IMG/VR virus record: IMGVR_UViG_3300012232_000026
Location: 1-40,799 of that record
Reading direction: 5' to 3' (one strand)
DNA length: 40,799 nt
From: a virus
Taxonomy: Duplodnaviria > Caudoviricetes
Every line of letters starts with the position of its first letter. Position 1 is the first letter of the stretch. The notes under the pieces were generated by a model. It saw only the letters and a list, made by a program, of their open reading frames with translations, was not told the origin of the DNA and did not search any database. Below are positions 18,218 to 26,447 of this stretch, piece by piece. The position numbers and the translations under genes are program-made.

Positions 18218-18421
18218 TCAGTCCCCTTCCTTCGGCCTACCACCGCATTTGGCGCGCGGGCCATTGCAGCCAGCGCAAGGGTCTTTCCCGCGAGACACTT
18301 CATTCATCACGACCATTCCGCCGAGTAAGCAGCCCTGTGGCACATAGCCTTGGCCGACGGCCATACCTAACGAAAAGTCGTCGCGGTCTGCCGCGTCTTG
18401 GTCGAAATAGTGCATTCGCAT
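18218..18421 (-). CDS. Hypothetical protein (67 aa, Cys-containing)
   Basis: MRMHYFDQ...DPCAGC..KCGGRPKEGD; coupled to neighbours. Confidence 0.6.
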   Translation of the reverse strand: MRMHYFDQDAADRDDFSLGMAVGQGYVPQGCLLGGMVVMNEVSRGKDPCAGCNGPRAKCGGRPKEGD

Positions 18422-18422
18422 G

Positions 18423-19040
18423 TCAGCCCCCTTCCTTCGGTGGTAGCGCGGCGTCACACATTGCGTACCAGATGTCGCGCACGCTGTCCCAAGGCACGTT
18501 ATGGGCGTACTGCCGGTTTGACTCCCGAATCCCTGCGTGTAGCATCTTCGATGTCGGCTCACGCGGAATGCAATCCGCTCCCGGCGCTACCTTCGGTGGT
18601 AGCGCGGCACCAAGAGCAACGGAGCAAGTGTGCCGCGCGGTTGACCCGCAGAACGGACAAGCCTTCGGCGGCAACGTAGCGGCGAGCGGGAATCCCCACT
18701 TCTTTTCATCCGCTCCCGGCGCTACCTGTGCGGCAGGATCAGAACGCAGCAATCTTTGTTCGCGGTCCTCGGGGTGTTCCGGCGCTACCTGCGACCCTTC
18801 GGGCTGAATAGCCTCGTTGCGGTCACACCACCTCACAATCGCGCACTCTTTCGGGTGAGGGCATTGGCCGCAGGTTCCTTCGGGCTGGCTGCCTAGCAGC
18901 AGCGCCTTGCTGATGACGCCGCGCGCTTCCATCAGCGCGTAGCGGTACTGCTCGGACTTCTTCTGCTCCGCGGCGAGTTTCTGCTTGAGGTCTACGATCT
19001 CCGTGACCAGCGAGAGTTCCTTGAGAACGTCGCCGCTCAT
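18423..19040 (-). CDS. Mosaic hypothetical protein (205 aa)
   Basis: ORF with coupled start/stop; repeated ALPPK and VAPGAD segments; CxxC motifs. Confidence 0.6.
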   Translation of the reverse strand: MSGDVLKELSLVTEIVDLKQKLAAEQKKSEQYRYALMEARGVISKALLLGSQPEGTCGQCPHPKECAIVRWCDRNEAIQPEGSQVAPEHPEDREQRLLRSDPAAQVAPGADEKKWGFPLAATLPPKACPFCGSTARHTCSVALGAALPPKVAPGADCIPREPTSKMLHAGIRESNRQYAHNVPWDSVRDIWYAMCDAALPPKEGG

Positions 19041-19288
19041 GCCTCATTACCCCAATCACCGTACCTGCCGTCAGGCAACATTTCGGCCAAGGGTTCTCGC
19101 GCCACGATGTTCGGCGCGACCCTCGCAAACTCGGCCTCGGCGTTCAGCACCCGCGCGAACATCTGCGCGTGCGCCTTCTGCCGGAACTTGCCCATCGTCG
19201 GCGGGTACAACTCCCCCGGCAGCGGCGACGCCTTCACGCCCCAGCGCCACGTCCGTTCGTTGATGACAGGTACCACCGTGTATTCCAT
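19037..19288 (-). CDS. Hypothetical protein (83 aa)
   Basis: Coupled ORF with AAGGA RBS. Confidence 0.6.
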   Translation of the reverse strand: MEYTVVPVINERTWRWGVKASPLPGELYPPTMGKFRQKAHAQMFARVLNAEAEFARVAPNIVAREPLAEMLPDGRYGDWGNEA

Positions 19289-19629
19289 TATTCTTTATCC
19301 TTGAACGTCGCGGTCGGGCAGACTAGGAATGCCTCGCCCGTCTGTGACCCATCGTAGAAATTTGCCAGCTTGTGTTCGTAGCGCATGTGGCCGCAGTTAT
19401 CACACAGGGCCGTTTGATCTTCCATGTCCGTTCCCCTCTCTAGGCAAAAGCCCGTAGTGCAAAAGTAAGTAAGACCCCAACCGAAAATCACGCCCAGCAG
19501 GAAACACCCGACGCCAACCATCACGGCGTAGATTTCCCACTCGCGTATGCGTGTGTGCAACCGCTGCAACTCCGTGTCCATGATGCAGACGACACGGGGT
19601 TGCAGTCCCTGCGGACGATCCGGGTTCAC
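19288..19629 (-). CDS. Hypothetical protein with one TM segment and a Cys-rich C-terminus (start uncertain)
   Basis: IYAVMVGVGCFLLGVIFGWGL TM; internal RBS+ATG at 19425 may start a separate small protein. Confidence 0.5.
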   Translation of the reverse strand: MNPDRPQGLQPRVVCIMDTELQRLHTRIREWEIYAVMVGVGCFLLGVIFGWGLTYFCTTGFCLERGTDMEDQTALCDNCGHMRYEHKLANFYDGSQTGEAFLVCPTATFKDKE

Positions 19630-19802
19630 GGGTAACAACCGCCCGTGACGGGCACTTTGTAATACAGCGTCCGTTCTTCCACCGACGCTGGCTCCGGTTG
19701 ATCTTCCGCGAATTTCTTGGCGTCACTTTCGTAGCGGAAGCACCCGAGGATGCGCCCCGGTGCATTGGCGCAATCCTCGACCAGATAGATTTTCGTAATC
19801 AC
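19626..19802 (-). CDS. Hypothetical protein (58 aa; not in the ORF track)
   Basis: Manual translation MITKIYLVEDCANAPGRILGCFRYESDAKKFAE...GCYP*; GTGA overlaps on both sides. Confidence 0.55.
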   Translation of the reverse strand: MITKIYLVEDCANAPGRILGCFRYESDAKKFAEDQPEPASVEERTLYYKVPVTGGCYP

Positions 19803-19987
19803 GGGTTGAGGTTGTTGAGCATGGCCTCGCGCGCGGCCAGCGTTGCGTTGATGAGGTCGGTGAGCGAGTCCGCCGGTTTGCGCGTGGCGATGTACTCCTG
19901 CAACAGCAGCAGGAATACCGACTCACCGATGGTCAGGGTCGATGCGAGTTGCTTGCGCCGGATGTCGGCGTTACGAGTGAACGCCAT
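19799..19987 (-). CDS. Hypothetical protein (62 aa)
   Basis: MAFTRNADIRRK..., coupled to neighbours. Confidence 0.55.
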   Translation of the reverse strand: MAFTRNADIRRKQLASTLTIGESVFLLLLQEYIATRKPADSLTDLINATLAAREAMLNNLNP

Positions 19988-19991
19988 GACG

Positions 19992-20333
19992 TTACCCCGC
20001 GAACGGTTGCGGATTGCGGAACGGCGCGGGCTGCGTCGTGTCCGGCGGCGCTGCCGCGGCGGGTGCGACCGCAGCAGCCCCGGCGTCGAGCATCGTCTTG
20101 ACGATGGCGGCAACCGCGGCGGGCTTCGCCTTGCGCGGACCACGCTTGCGGACCACCTTCGGCTCCGGCGCGTCCTGGTGCTGCACGAACGGCGACACCG
20201 CGTCGATCAGCACCTCGCTGATGTTGACGATGAACTTCGCGCGTTGCAGCGGCGTGAGGCCCAGGCCTGCGGCGGCGTCCATCACCGCGTCCACCATCGC
20301 GTCCTCGACTTGCTGAATTACCTTGGGTTTCAT
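19992..20333 (-). CDS. Hypothetical protein (113 aa)
   Basis: AGGAG RBS before MKPKVIQQ. Confidence 0.6.
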   Translation of the reverse strand: MKPKVIQQVEDAMVDAVMDAAAGLGLTPLQRAKFIVNISEVLIDAVSPFVQHQDAPEPKVVRKRGPRKAKPAAVAAIVKTMLDAGAAAVAPAAAAPPDTTQPAPFRNPQPFAG

Positions 20334-20341
20334 TGCTGCTC

Positions 20342-20611
20342 CTAGTGATGCACCACCGGATTGTCCGGCGTTGCGAGTTCTGCTTCGATAAGACAACTGA
20401 CGAAACTCTGGCGGAACGCCACCTGCGCGTCCAGCGTCGGCCCCGACTCCTCGCAGGATGTCACCAGCAACGCCATGACGCGGGCGAGATCGTAGAACCC
20501 CAGCGTGCGCGAGTATTTGGAGTTCAGCAGTTCCAGCAACTCGTTGTGCGCTTCGATCATCAGCGCGCACGCCGGGCAGTCCTCGCCAGGCTTGTGTTCC
20601 ACCGCGGCCAT
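20342..20611 (-). CDS. Hypothetical protein (89 aa)
   Basis: ORF closely packed after the SSB-like gene; CxxC near N-terminus. Confidence 0.55.
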   Translation of the reverse strand: MAAVEHKPGEDCPACALMIEAHNELLELLNSKYSRTLGFYDLARVMALLVTSCEESGPTLDAQVAFRQSFVSCLIEAELATPDNPVVHH

Positions 20612-20613
20612 GA

Positions 20614-21408
20614 CTAGAACTTCCCACCCGCGGCCTGCGGCGGCGGCGCTTCCCCGGCAGGGCCTTGCGGCGAGCGCTTTTCGTACGGGAACGACATCGC
20701 CTTCTCCTCCTGCTCGTGCCGCTTAATCAACTCCGTCATCACGTCGGCGTCGTTCACCACGCGCAGCATCGTGAACTCGTAGCGCACCTGGTTCTTGACA
20801 TCGGGGAACAGCTGCACCCGGGTGACGACGGCGAACGGCGGCAGGCCGTTCTTCGCCAGCGTCTGCGCGTACTCCGCCCAAAACTTCGTGGACGTGACCG
20901 GCACCCGCAAGTAGCCCGCGGTCGCCTTGCCCACCTTGGCGGCGTTCTCGGTCGCCGTCACCGGGATGCACGACAGACGGCGAATCTCCTTGCACGGCAC
21001 GCGGCGCTTGTTGTCCCTCGGGTCCAGCGTCCACTTGCTGTACTGGCAGTCGGCGCAGTTCGGTGCCTGCTGCTCGGTGGCGTTGGCGTGCGGCACCATG
21101 CCCTCGAACCCGTCCTGGGAGAAGCCGAAGCACAGCGGGCTCTCGAACTGGTCCGGGTTGAACGCGTTGGGGTAGTAGGTGCGCTCGAACATGGAGCGCA
21201 GGATGATGACATCCATGAAGTTCCCCGGCAGCGGTTGCTTGTTGAACGTCAGTTGCCCGGCGCGCGTGCCGAAGAACTGGCCCGACACCACCTCGGCGTC
21301 CTGGGTCTGCTTGGCGTATGCGCCCAGCTTCGCCAGCAAGTCACTCGGCAGCGCGACGGCGTTGGACTGCGCGGGGACGATCTCCCCGTTTTGCGGTTGC
21401 TCGGACAT
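20614..21408 (-). CDS. Putative phage single-stranded DNA-binding protein
   Basis: RTYY..F.P..PLC..CADC..CKEIRRL..LRVPVTS pattern, flexible tail ending in Phe; AAGGAG RBS; replication-module context. Confidence 0.6.
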   Translation of the reverse strand: MSEQPQNGEIVPAQSNAVALPSDLLAKLGAYAKQTQDAEVVSGQFFGTRAGQLTFNKQPLPGNFMDVIILRSMFERTYYPNAFNPDQFESPLCFGFSQDGFEGMVPHANATEQQAPNCADCQYSKWTLDPRDNKRRVPCKEIRRLSCIPVTATENAAKVGKATAGYLRVPVTSTKFWAEYAQTLAKNGLPPFAVVTRVQLFPDVKNQVRYEFTMLRVVNDADVMTELIKRHEQEEKAMSFPYEKRSPQGPAGEAPPPQAAGGKF

Positions 21409-21458
21409 CACTTCTCCTTTTGGTAAGTAACAAGTAGGCCCCGGGACTGCAGGCGTCG

Positions 21459-21818
21459 CTACGGTAACACAACTTCGGACAGCTTTTTCTCCATCACGCG
21501 AGATAATTGCGACGCGGCCCAGGCCACTCTCCGCAACGCAACCAACCGATGCACGTCAGTAAGCGGCCACTCCGTCGAAAGCCGATCAATGGCGACCGTC
21601 AGGGCACGCTCGGCCCCGTCGCCCGGGGGCAGCGGGCCGTGCCAGGTTTCGTCGGGGATGTCGGTGAGCCCCAGCAGGGCCTCGGCCAACTCGCAGGCGT
21701 GGCGGCTGGGGTGAGCTCGCAGCTGCTCGGACATCGCCCTGTAGGTCAACTCCTGGTCGGGCCGGTGCGCGGCGTACGCGCGGAGCCCGGCCCGCAGCTG
21801 TGACGGTTTGAGTCTCAA
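21459..21818 (-). CDS. Hypothetical protein (start uncertain)
   Basis: Open frame; TTG start overlaps upstream TGA. Confidence 0.45.
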   Translation of the reverse strand: MRLKPSQLRAGLRAYAAHRPDQELTYRAMSEQLRAHPSRHACELAEALLGLTDIPDETWHGPLPPGDGAERALTVAIDRLSTEWPLTDVHRLVALRRVAWAASQLSRVMEKKLSEVVLP

Positions 21819-22045
21819 GTGAGCGCCTTCCATGCGTCCAGTTCTTCGGCGGTGACACCCTTGGCATCGGGGCGGTCACAACGGAACCACTTTTTCTTGT
21901 CGCGCGGGGCGAACGTGTTGTCCACCCGACAGTAGCCTTCCAACACCAGCGTGCCGGGCCGGTCGGATTCGTCGTTCGACTCTACCACGCGATACACGGT
22001 GTCCTCGGTGATGTAGTACTCGGGGGCGTAGGTCAGGGTGATCAC
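21815..22045 (-). CDS. Hypothetical protein (76 aa)
   Basis: Coupled ORF (GTGA overlap). Confidence 0.6.
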   Translation of the reverse strand: MITLTYAPEYYITEDTVYRVVESNDESDRPGTLVLEGYCRVDNTFAPRDKKKWFRCDRPDAKGVTAEELDAWKALT

Positions 22046-22281
22046 AGCGACACCCCGCGCAGCGCGGTGCGAATCTGCGAGGCCAACTGCATCGCCTCGT
22101 TCGGACGCGGGCTACCGTCGTCGTTGGTTTCGTCGCTGATGTCCTCGCGCTGCTCAAAGTATTCCAGGAGGTCCATCAGCACGCCCGCCAGTTCCAGTTC
22201 CTTTTGGGTGGGGGCGACCACCGCCCGGAACGCCGGGGCGATGTTGGGGTCACGGGCGAGCATCTTTAGAAGGTCGTTCAT
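22042..22281 (-). CDS. Hypothetical protein (79 aa)
   Basis: Coupled ORF (ATGA overlap). Confidence 0.6.
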   Translation of the reverse strand: MNDLLKMLARDPNIAPAFRAVVAPTQKELELAGVLMDLLEYFEQREDISDETNDDGSPRPNEAMQLASQIRTALRGVSL

Positions 22282-22562
22282 GCTTCCCCCGTAGCTTTGG
22301 CGATGGCGGCGCGGGCTTCATCCGCGAACGCGCGGCACAGTACCGCCTCACCGTTTACGATGCCGCAATTTTTCGAATCGTTTGCGATCCAGATGCGCCG
22401 CAGGATTTCCAGCAATTCCGGCGCGGCGGCGATCAGGCGGGCGTTGGCACGCTGACGCGGCCCGGGCTGAATCGTGGCGACGTTAGTGCAATCGAATCCG
22501 CGAATCACCGAAGCGTCGTACATCGTGCAGAAGGGTCCCGGCGTGTGCTTGGTGTTGTTCAT
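22278..22562 (-). CDS. Conserved small phage protein (HTPGP...ANARLIAAAPELL type)
   Basis: KHTPGP, ANARLIAAAPELLE and ARAAIAKATG motifs common in phage early genes. Confidence 0.7.
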   Translation of the reverse strand: MNNTKHTPGPFCTMYDASVIRGFDCTNVATIQPGPRQRANARLIAAAPELLEILRRIWIANDSKNCGIVNGEAVLCRAFADEARAAIAKATGEA

Positions 22563-22600
22563 TTCATTTCTCCGTAGTGGTTGTTGGTTACGACAAAGAG

Positions 22601-22609
22601 ATAGTAGCA
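22601..22609 (-). promoter_or_regulatory. Extended -10 promoter
   Basis: TGcTACTAT on the minus strand ~40 nt upstream of the 22562 start; no clear -35. Confidence 0.5.
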
Positions 22610-22644
22610 CAGCTTTGTTGCTTAAGAGCGGTACCGTCTGTCGG

Positions 22645-22863
22645 TTAGATGAACGGTATGCCCTCGGCCCGGAGCGTGCGTCGGGTCAGGCTGATGCTGT
22701 TAAGCACCCCGGTGTTGGACCGCGTAGTGCCGGGGTACACCAGGTTGCGACCGGAGGGCAGCGTCAGCACGAAGTGCTTGCTGCCCTTGCGTAGAGAAGC
22801 CCCCGCGCCCAGGGCCGCTTGAATCAGCGGACGCAGGCGCGGGTCGAAGTGCCGCAGGTTCAC
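22645..22863 (-). CDS. HicA-like small basic protein (72 aa)
   Basis: LRKGSKHFVLTLPSGRNLVYPGT resembles the HicA GSH/beta-strand signature; no HicB partner seen. Confidence 0.45.
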   Translation of the reverse strand: MNLRHFDPRLRPLIQAALGAGASLRKGSKHFVLTLPSGRNLVYPGTTRSNTGVLNSISLTRRTLRAEGIPFI

Positions 22864-23771
22864 GCGGGCAGGCCCAGGGTGGACCAGCCGTTCGGCTCGT
22901 CGTCCTGCATCCGCTTCACCTCCCGCTCGATCACCTTGCTGGTGACGCGCTGGCCGCTGGCCTCCACGTCCCACGCCGCGCGCCACACGCGCACCAGCCC
23001 GTCCCCGAGGTCTTTGTTGGTGCCCATCGTGTTACGCCCGCTGGGGCCCAGGATTTCGAGGCGCAGCTTGCCCGCACGCTCGACCCCTGCGACCCAGGCC
23101 CGGTGCGGCGCGGACAGCGTGGCGTAGTCGGCCAGGTAGTGCAGCACGTCGTCGCAGCGCTGGGCGTCCACCTGGGCCAGCCGGAAGAACAGATAGACCA
23201 TAGGCGAGGTGCCGCCCAGCTTGGCCTTGCTGATCTTGCGGAACAGCGCGGCCCGCGGCGTGTAGAAGTCGGTCAGCGCCGGGCGGTAGTTCTCGGTGAT
23301 GTAGCTGGCGATGTCGCCCGCACCCAGCGACTCGTCGTCGTCCGGCTTGATGAACGGCGAGCCCGTGGTGTCCTCCTTCCACAGCATCCGGCCCGCGTTG
23401 CTGTGCACCTTGGCGTCCGGCCAGCCGCTGACGGTCAGGATGTCGGTCACGTCGCGGGCGCGGCCCTGGTCGAAGTGGCGGAAGCACTCCACGTCAACGT
23501 GGCGCACCACCCACAGGTCGATGGGGGCATTGGCGGCGACGATGGCCGACAGCCGGTGCTGACCGTCCAGCACGATCTCCTTGCCCTGTTTCTTACCCAG
23601 CTTGATCGTGTCGCCCGTGTCCACGTCCCACAGCCCGCGCTGCATGGCCGCGGCGTAGCGCGTGACGTAGGCCTTGGACACCGAACGCTGCAGGAACCCC
23701 GCAGCCTGGGTTGCGGCCAGCAGTTGTCCGGCGCGCGACGGCGTGATGCTTTCCTTCGTGAATCGCAACAT
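22860..23771 (-). CDS. ParB/Srx-like N-terminal domain protein
   Basis: ITP..A..LL, VTRYAAAM..G.W, VLDGQHRLSAIV, FDQGRAR motifs. Confidence 0.7.
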   Translation of the reverse strand: MLRFTKESITPSRAGQLLAATQAAGFLQRSVSKAYVTRYAAAMQRGLWDVDTGDTIKLGKKQGKEIVLDGQHRLSAIVAANAPIDLWVVRHVDVECFRHFDQGRARDVTDILTVSGWPDAKVHSNAGRMLWKEDTTGSPFIKPDDDESLGAGDIASYITENYRPALTDFYTPRAALFRKISKAKLGGTSPMVYLFFRLAQVDAQRCDDVLHYLADYATLSAPHRAWVAGVERAGKLRLEILGPSGRNTMGTNKDLGDGLVRVWRAAWDVEASGQRVTSKVIEREVKRMQDDEPNGWSTLGLPA

Positions 23772-23885
23772 GCGAATCTCCTTTGTTCGATAGCTTGGCT
23801 ATTGCCTCTGCTACCGTGTTCACTCGACGTTGCCAGGATTGGCGTGAGTCGTGAACGGATGCGACTGTATCACAACAATGCTGCG

Positions 23886-24275
23886 TTACAACACCCCCGG
23901 GGAGCGGGTCAGCACCAGGCCCGGCACGTCCACGATGCTGACCCCCGGCACCGCGTCGCCCACCTTGAAGCGCTCGGCCATCGCCGTGATCGACAGCCGC
24001 TTGTGCAGGAGGTCGAACTCGCCCGTGCGTTGGATGCGGTTGTAGATTTGCAACCAGTCCTCGGGTTTGTAGACGCGGGTGTATTTCAAATCCGCCTGGA
24101 CCCCGGCGTGCCCGATATTCCCCAGGCCCAATTCACCCATTAGCTGAATAATTTTCACTTCCAACTGCCGACAATCCGTCTTGAGCGCTGCGGCCTTCGC
24201 CGCGGCGCGAGTCTCCTCCCCGCGGAGGAGGTTCAACTGCAACATCGTTTCCTGCAGAATTTCTAGCTGTGTCAT
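23886..24275 (-). CDS. Conserved phage protein (129 aa, coiled-coil N-terminus)
   Basis: DW...Y..I..TGEFDLLHKRLS..A......G..VPGV pattern; GGAG RBS and promoter upstream. Confidence 0.65.
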   Translation of the reverse strand: MTQLEILQETMLQLNLLRGEETRAAAKAAALKTDCRQLEVKIIQLMGELGLGNIGHAGVQADLKYTRVYKPEDWLQIYNRIQRTGEFDLLHKRLSITAMAERFKVGDAVPGVSIVDVPGLVLTRSPGVL

Positions 24276-24296
24276 TTGTGGCTCCGGTAAAAGTGC

Positions 24297-24326
24297 ATTA
24301 TACAACAAACTCGGCCCGAGGTTCAA
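24297..24326 (-). promoter_or_regulatory. Sigma70-like promoter
   Basis: TTGAAC-18 nt-TATAAT on the minus strand. Confidence 0.7.
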
Positions 24327-24494
24327 CCGAATTTGGCCGAACCTGGATTTTTTCGACCAACCCAATCCTAATAGAATTGGTTTCACAGCAAAACGTTTGG
24401 CCGACGCTCGACCTCCTCCGTCTGTACGCAACAAAGCTGGTGGCGTTGAAAGCTAAGTTGACTTGTAACAAGGGGTATCGCACGAGCGTTCGCT

Positions 24495-24653
24495 TACCGC
24501 TACGCGCGAGCGGGCCTGCAGCCGTGCGCGCGTAGCGGTACCGCGGGCCTGGTCAGGCCTGCAGCCGTGCGCGTACGCGCGGGCCTGGTCAGGCCTGCAG
24601 CCGTGCGCGCGTAGCGGTACCGCGGGCCTGGTCAGGCCTGCAGCCGTGCGCGT
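24495..24653. repeat. GC-rich tandem repeat (43/36/43 bp + partial) with internal palindromes
   Basis: Units start at 24513, 24556, 24592, 24635 (ggcctgcagccgtgcgcg...gcgggcctggtca); 24495-24508 is the reverse complement of 24527-24540. Confidence 0.92.
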
Positions 24654-24708
24654 TACCCTGTGGTGTCTAGAGTCTAGGCGATAAGGGGCCTCCCATTAGG
24701 GACAGTCG

Positions 24709-24745
24709 AAACAACAAAGGCCTGACGCGTTAGCGCCAGGCCTTT
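24709..24745 (-). terminator. Terminator at the end of the first early operon
   Basis: aaaggcctggcgc-taac-gcgtcaggccttt followed by gttgttt on the minus strand. Confidence 0.7.
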
Positions 24746-24753
24746 ATAGTCTG

Positions 24754-24942
24754 CTAGTGATTGGGCTGCGCCAGTTTCGCGCGGCCCGCACGCGCGAGAG
24801 TTAGTGTGCGATACGCGCCGCGCCGATGCACGTCGTTAATAAATCCCGCGACGTGATAACAGCCATTTTCGCGCCACAGCCGTAGGCCATTGCGCGTAAT
24901 TTCGACATAGCCTAGCGCCAGCTGGTGTGCGGTTAGTTTCAT
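24754..24942 (-). CDS. Early hypothetical protein (62 aa)
   Basis: ATGA-coupled ORF with GAGGA RBS. Confidence 0.6.
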   Translation of the reverse strand: MKLTAHQLALGYVEITRNGLRLWRENGCYHVAGFINDVHRRGAYRTLTLARAGRAKLAQPNH

Positions 24943-25187
24943 TGCTGGTCCTCACAATAGGAAATGAAAAGAATTTGGCACAGGCCCCGGGGCCGCAATG
25001 CAATGGTATCGCCCCAATTTTCCTTATCGCAGCGCAGCCCGGTATACCCGGCCCAGGCCTTAGCGCGGCGGATTAGTTGTTTATCAGTAAGGCCTTGGGC
25101 CTCTGCCGTCGGGATAACCTGACGATTGACCCAGCAATAGTTAGCCTCACCACCAAACGTATCAGTGTTTTCAAATTGAATTGCCAC
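24939..25187 (-). CDS. Early conserved hypothetical protein (TDTFGGEANY motif)
   Basis: GTG start with GGAG RBS; TDTFGGEANYCWV motif. Confidence 0.65.
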   Translation of the reverse strand: MAIQFENTDTFGGEANYCWVNRQVIPTAEAQGLTDKQLIRRAKAWAGYTGLRCDKENWGDTIALRPRGLCQILFISYCEDQQ

Positions 25188-25262
25188 AGCTGTGTCTCCA
25201 ATGATTGAGGGCAAAGGGGCCCGCGATACGCGCGCATTGCTGCGCGCGTATACCGTGCGCCT

Positions 25263-25547
25263 CTACTCTGCAGAGCGCAATTCCTCTACAATTTCGCAAC
25301 ACGCGACCCACAGTAAGCGCTGCAGGTTTTGCTCGTGGTCTGCTAACTCGTCCGAATCCCAGGCGCCCCATTCCCGCAATTCACTTGCGACTAGCGCGCG
25401 GTCTAGCTTTTGCAGCTGTTCGACCATATGCGCCGTTTGCGACAGCTGGTACACGTCGTCGTCGCATGGGCCAGGATGCGCGCAAGCTAGCGCATCATCG
25501 GGATTAATTACGAGCTCAATGCGACCGCTACTGCTAGCCCAAAACAT
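25263..25547 (-). CDS. Early acidic hypothetical protein (94 aa)
   Basis: GGAG RBS; ELREWGAWDSDELADHEQNLQRLLWVA. Confidence 0.65.
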   Translation of the reverse strand: MFWASSSGRIELVINPDDALACAHPGPCDDDVYQLSQTAHMVEQLQKLDRALVASELREWGAWDSDELADHEQNLQRLLWVACCEIVEELRSAE

Positions 25548-25734
25548 TTTGGATTCTCCCCGTGCACGTTAGCGCGACCGCGGGCCCGCCAATGTCTACA
25601 CCATTGGGCTGCGGCTTTGACGTTATAAGCACGTCCATAGCGCAATACCTGCAGACTGCATAATTACCAGTCCAGCGCATAGAATGGCCGCGCCATGCGG
25701 TAGCGCGTTGCGCGCGTTGCTTGAGGCTACTCAT
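25534..25734 (-). CDS. Early hypothetical protein (66 aa)
   Basis: ATGA overlap; RGHSM.W..CRYC..GGPAVALTC. Confidence 0.55.
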   Translation of the reverse strand: MSSLKQRAQRATAWRGHSMRWTGNYAVCRYCAMDVLITSKPQPNGVDIGGPAVALTCTGRIQNVLG

Positions 25735-26210
25735 TGGAACCACCGTTTCGCAATCGTGCGCCCGAATTCGCGCCGGAAATGCTCGCGCAACCAGTCGCCA
25801 GGCGTTTGTTTAATGCGCGCCAGAGCCGCATCGTCAGGCATGGCGCAGCCGCGCGTATAGGCCCACAGTGCAGAGGCTAGGACGGCGCACGCTGCGCGCC
25901 GGTACTCTGTCGGGAAATATTGCCCCGTGCAATAGTCCAGCCGCAGCTGTCCCGGCTGCGGGCCGTCAGTGATTGACAGACGGCCCGAAAACGACGACGA
26001 GAATGCTTCGCGCAGCTGCGTCGCGTCAATTGATTCGCGCCAGCGCACGGCGGATAGCAGGATGCGCGCGTGCGCCAGGTCTTGACCTATCGCGCGTTGT
26101 TCGGCGCGGTAGCTCGCGACGTTTCCATAATTGGCAAACTCTAGGCCCGGGCGCTGCTCTATATGGGCCGAAAGCAAGGCCAGGATTTTTTCGCGTTCAG
26201 TGATTTGCAT
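25731..26210 (-). CDS. Early hypothetical protein (159 aa)
   Basis: TAATG-type start at 26210 with GGAG RBS; QRPGLEFANYG and DYCTGQYFPTEYRRAAC motifs. Confidence 0.65.
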   Translation of the reverse strand: MQITEREKILALLSAHIEQRPGLEFANYGNVASYRAEQRAIGQDLAHARILLSAVRWRESIDATQLREAFSSSFSGRLSITDGPQPGQLRLDYCTGQYFPTEYRRAACAVLASALWAYTRGCAMPDDAALARIKQTPGDWLREHFRREFGRTIAKRWFQ

Positions 26211-26447
26211 TATTGACAGTCTCCACAGTATTTGATTCGGATAGGGACGAGTGCATTGCAGCCCGCGCACTCGTGCCATGGCATTAGGACAGCTGCGCTC
26301 GTGCGCGGGGACACCATTGATAACCAGCGCCGCGCAGCTGTCGCAGCTGACGCGGGGATAATTGCTCACATCGAAACCCTGGCGCTCTAGGGATTGGCGC
26401 ACGGCTGCGCGCACGGCTCGCGCGCCGCGCGTGGTATAGGCGTTCAT
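26210..26447 (-). pseudogene. Cys-rich zinc-finger-like early gene with a +1 frameshift near 26276
   Basis: CDSC..INGVPAHERSCPNAM continues in another frame as HECAGC...YCGDCQ*, ending at TAA overlapping the next ATG. Confidence 0.6.

Larger units (their letters stand above)
18063..19073. repeat. Cluster of 20-27 bp dispersed direct repeats at small-gene boundaries
   Basis: 27 bp at 18063-18089 and 18426-18452 (22-bp part at 18590-18611); 25 bp at 18090-18114 and 19049-19073; 20 bp at 18573-18592 and 18708-18727; 21/22 at 18214-18235 vs 18419-18440. Confidence 0.9.

Noticed and set aside
18063-19073. CRISPR mini-array or DGR template/variable repeat
   Set aside because: Spacing is irregular, the repeats encode gene ends, mismatches are not adenine-specific, and no reverse transcriptase is present
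24513-24653. CRISPR array
   Set aside because: The intervening sequences are not unique spacers (units 1 and 3 are identical) and there is no cas operon
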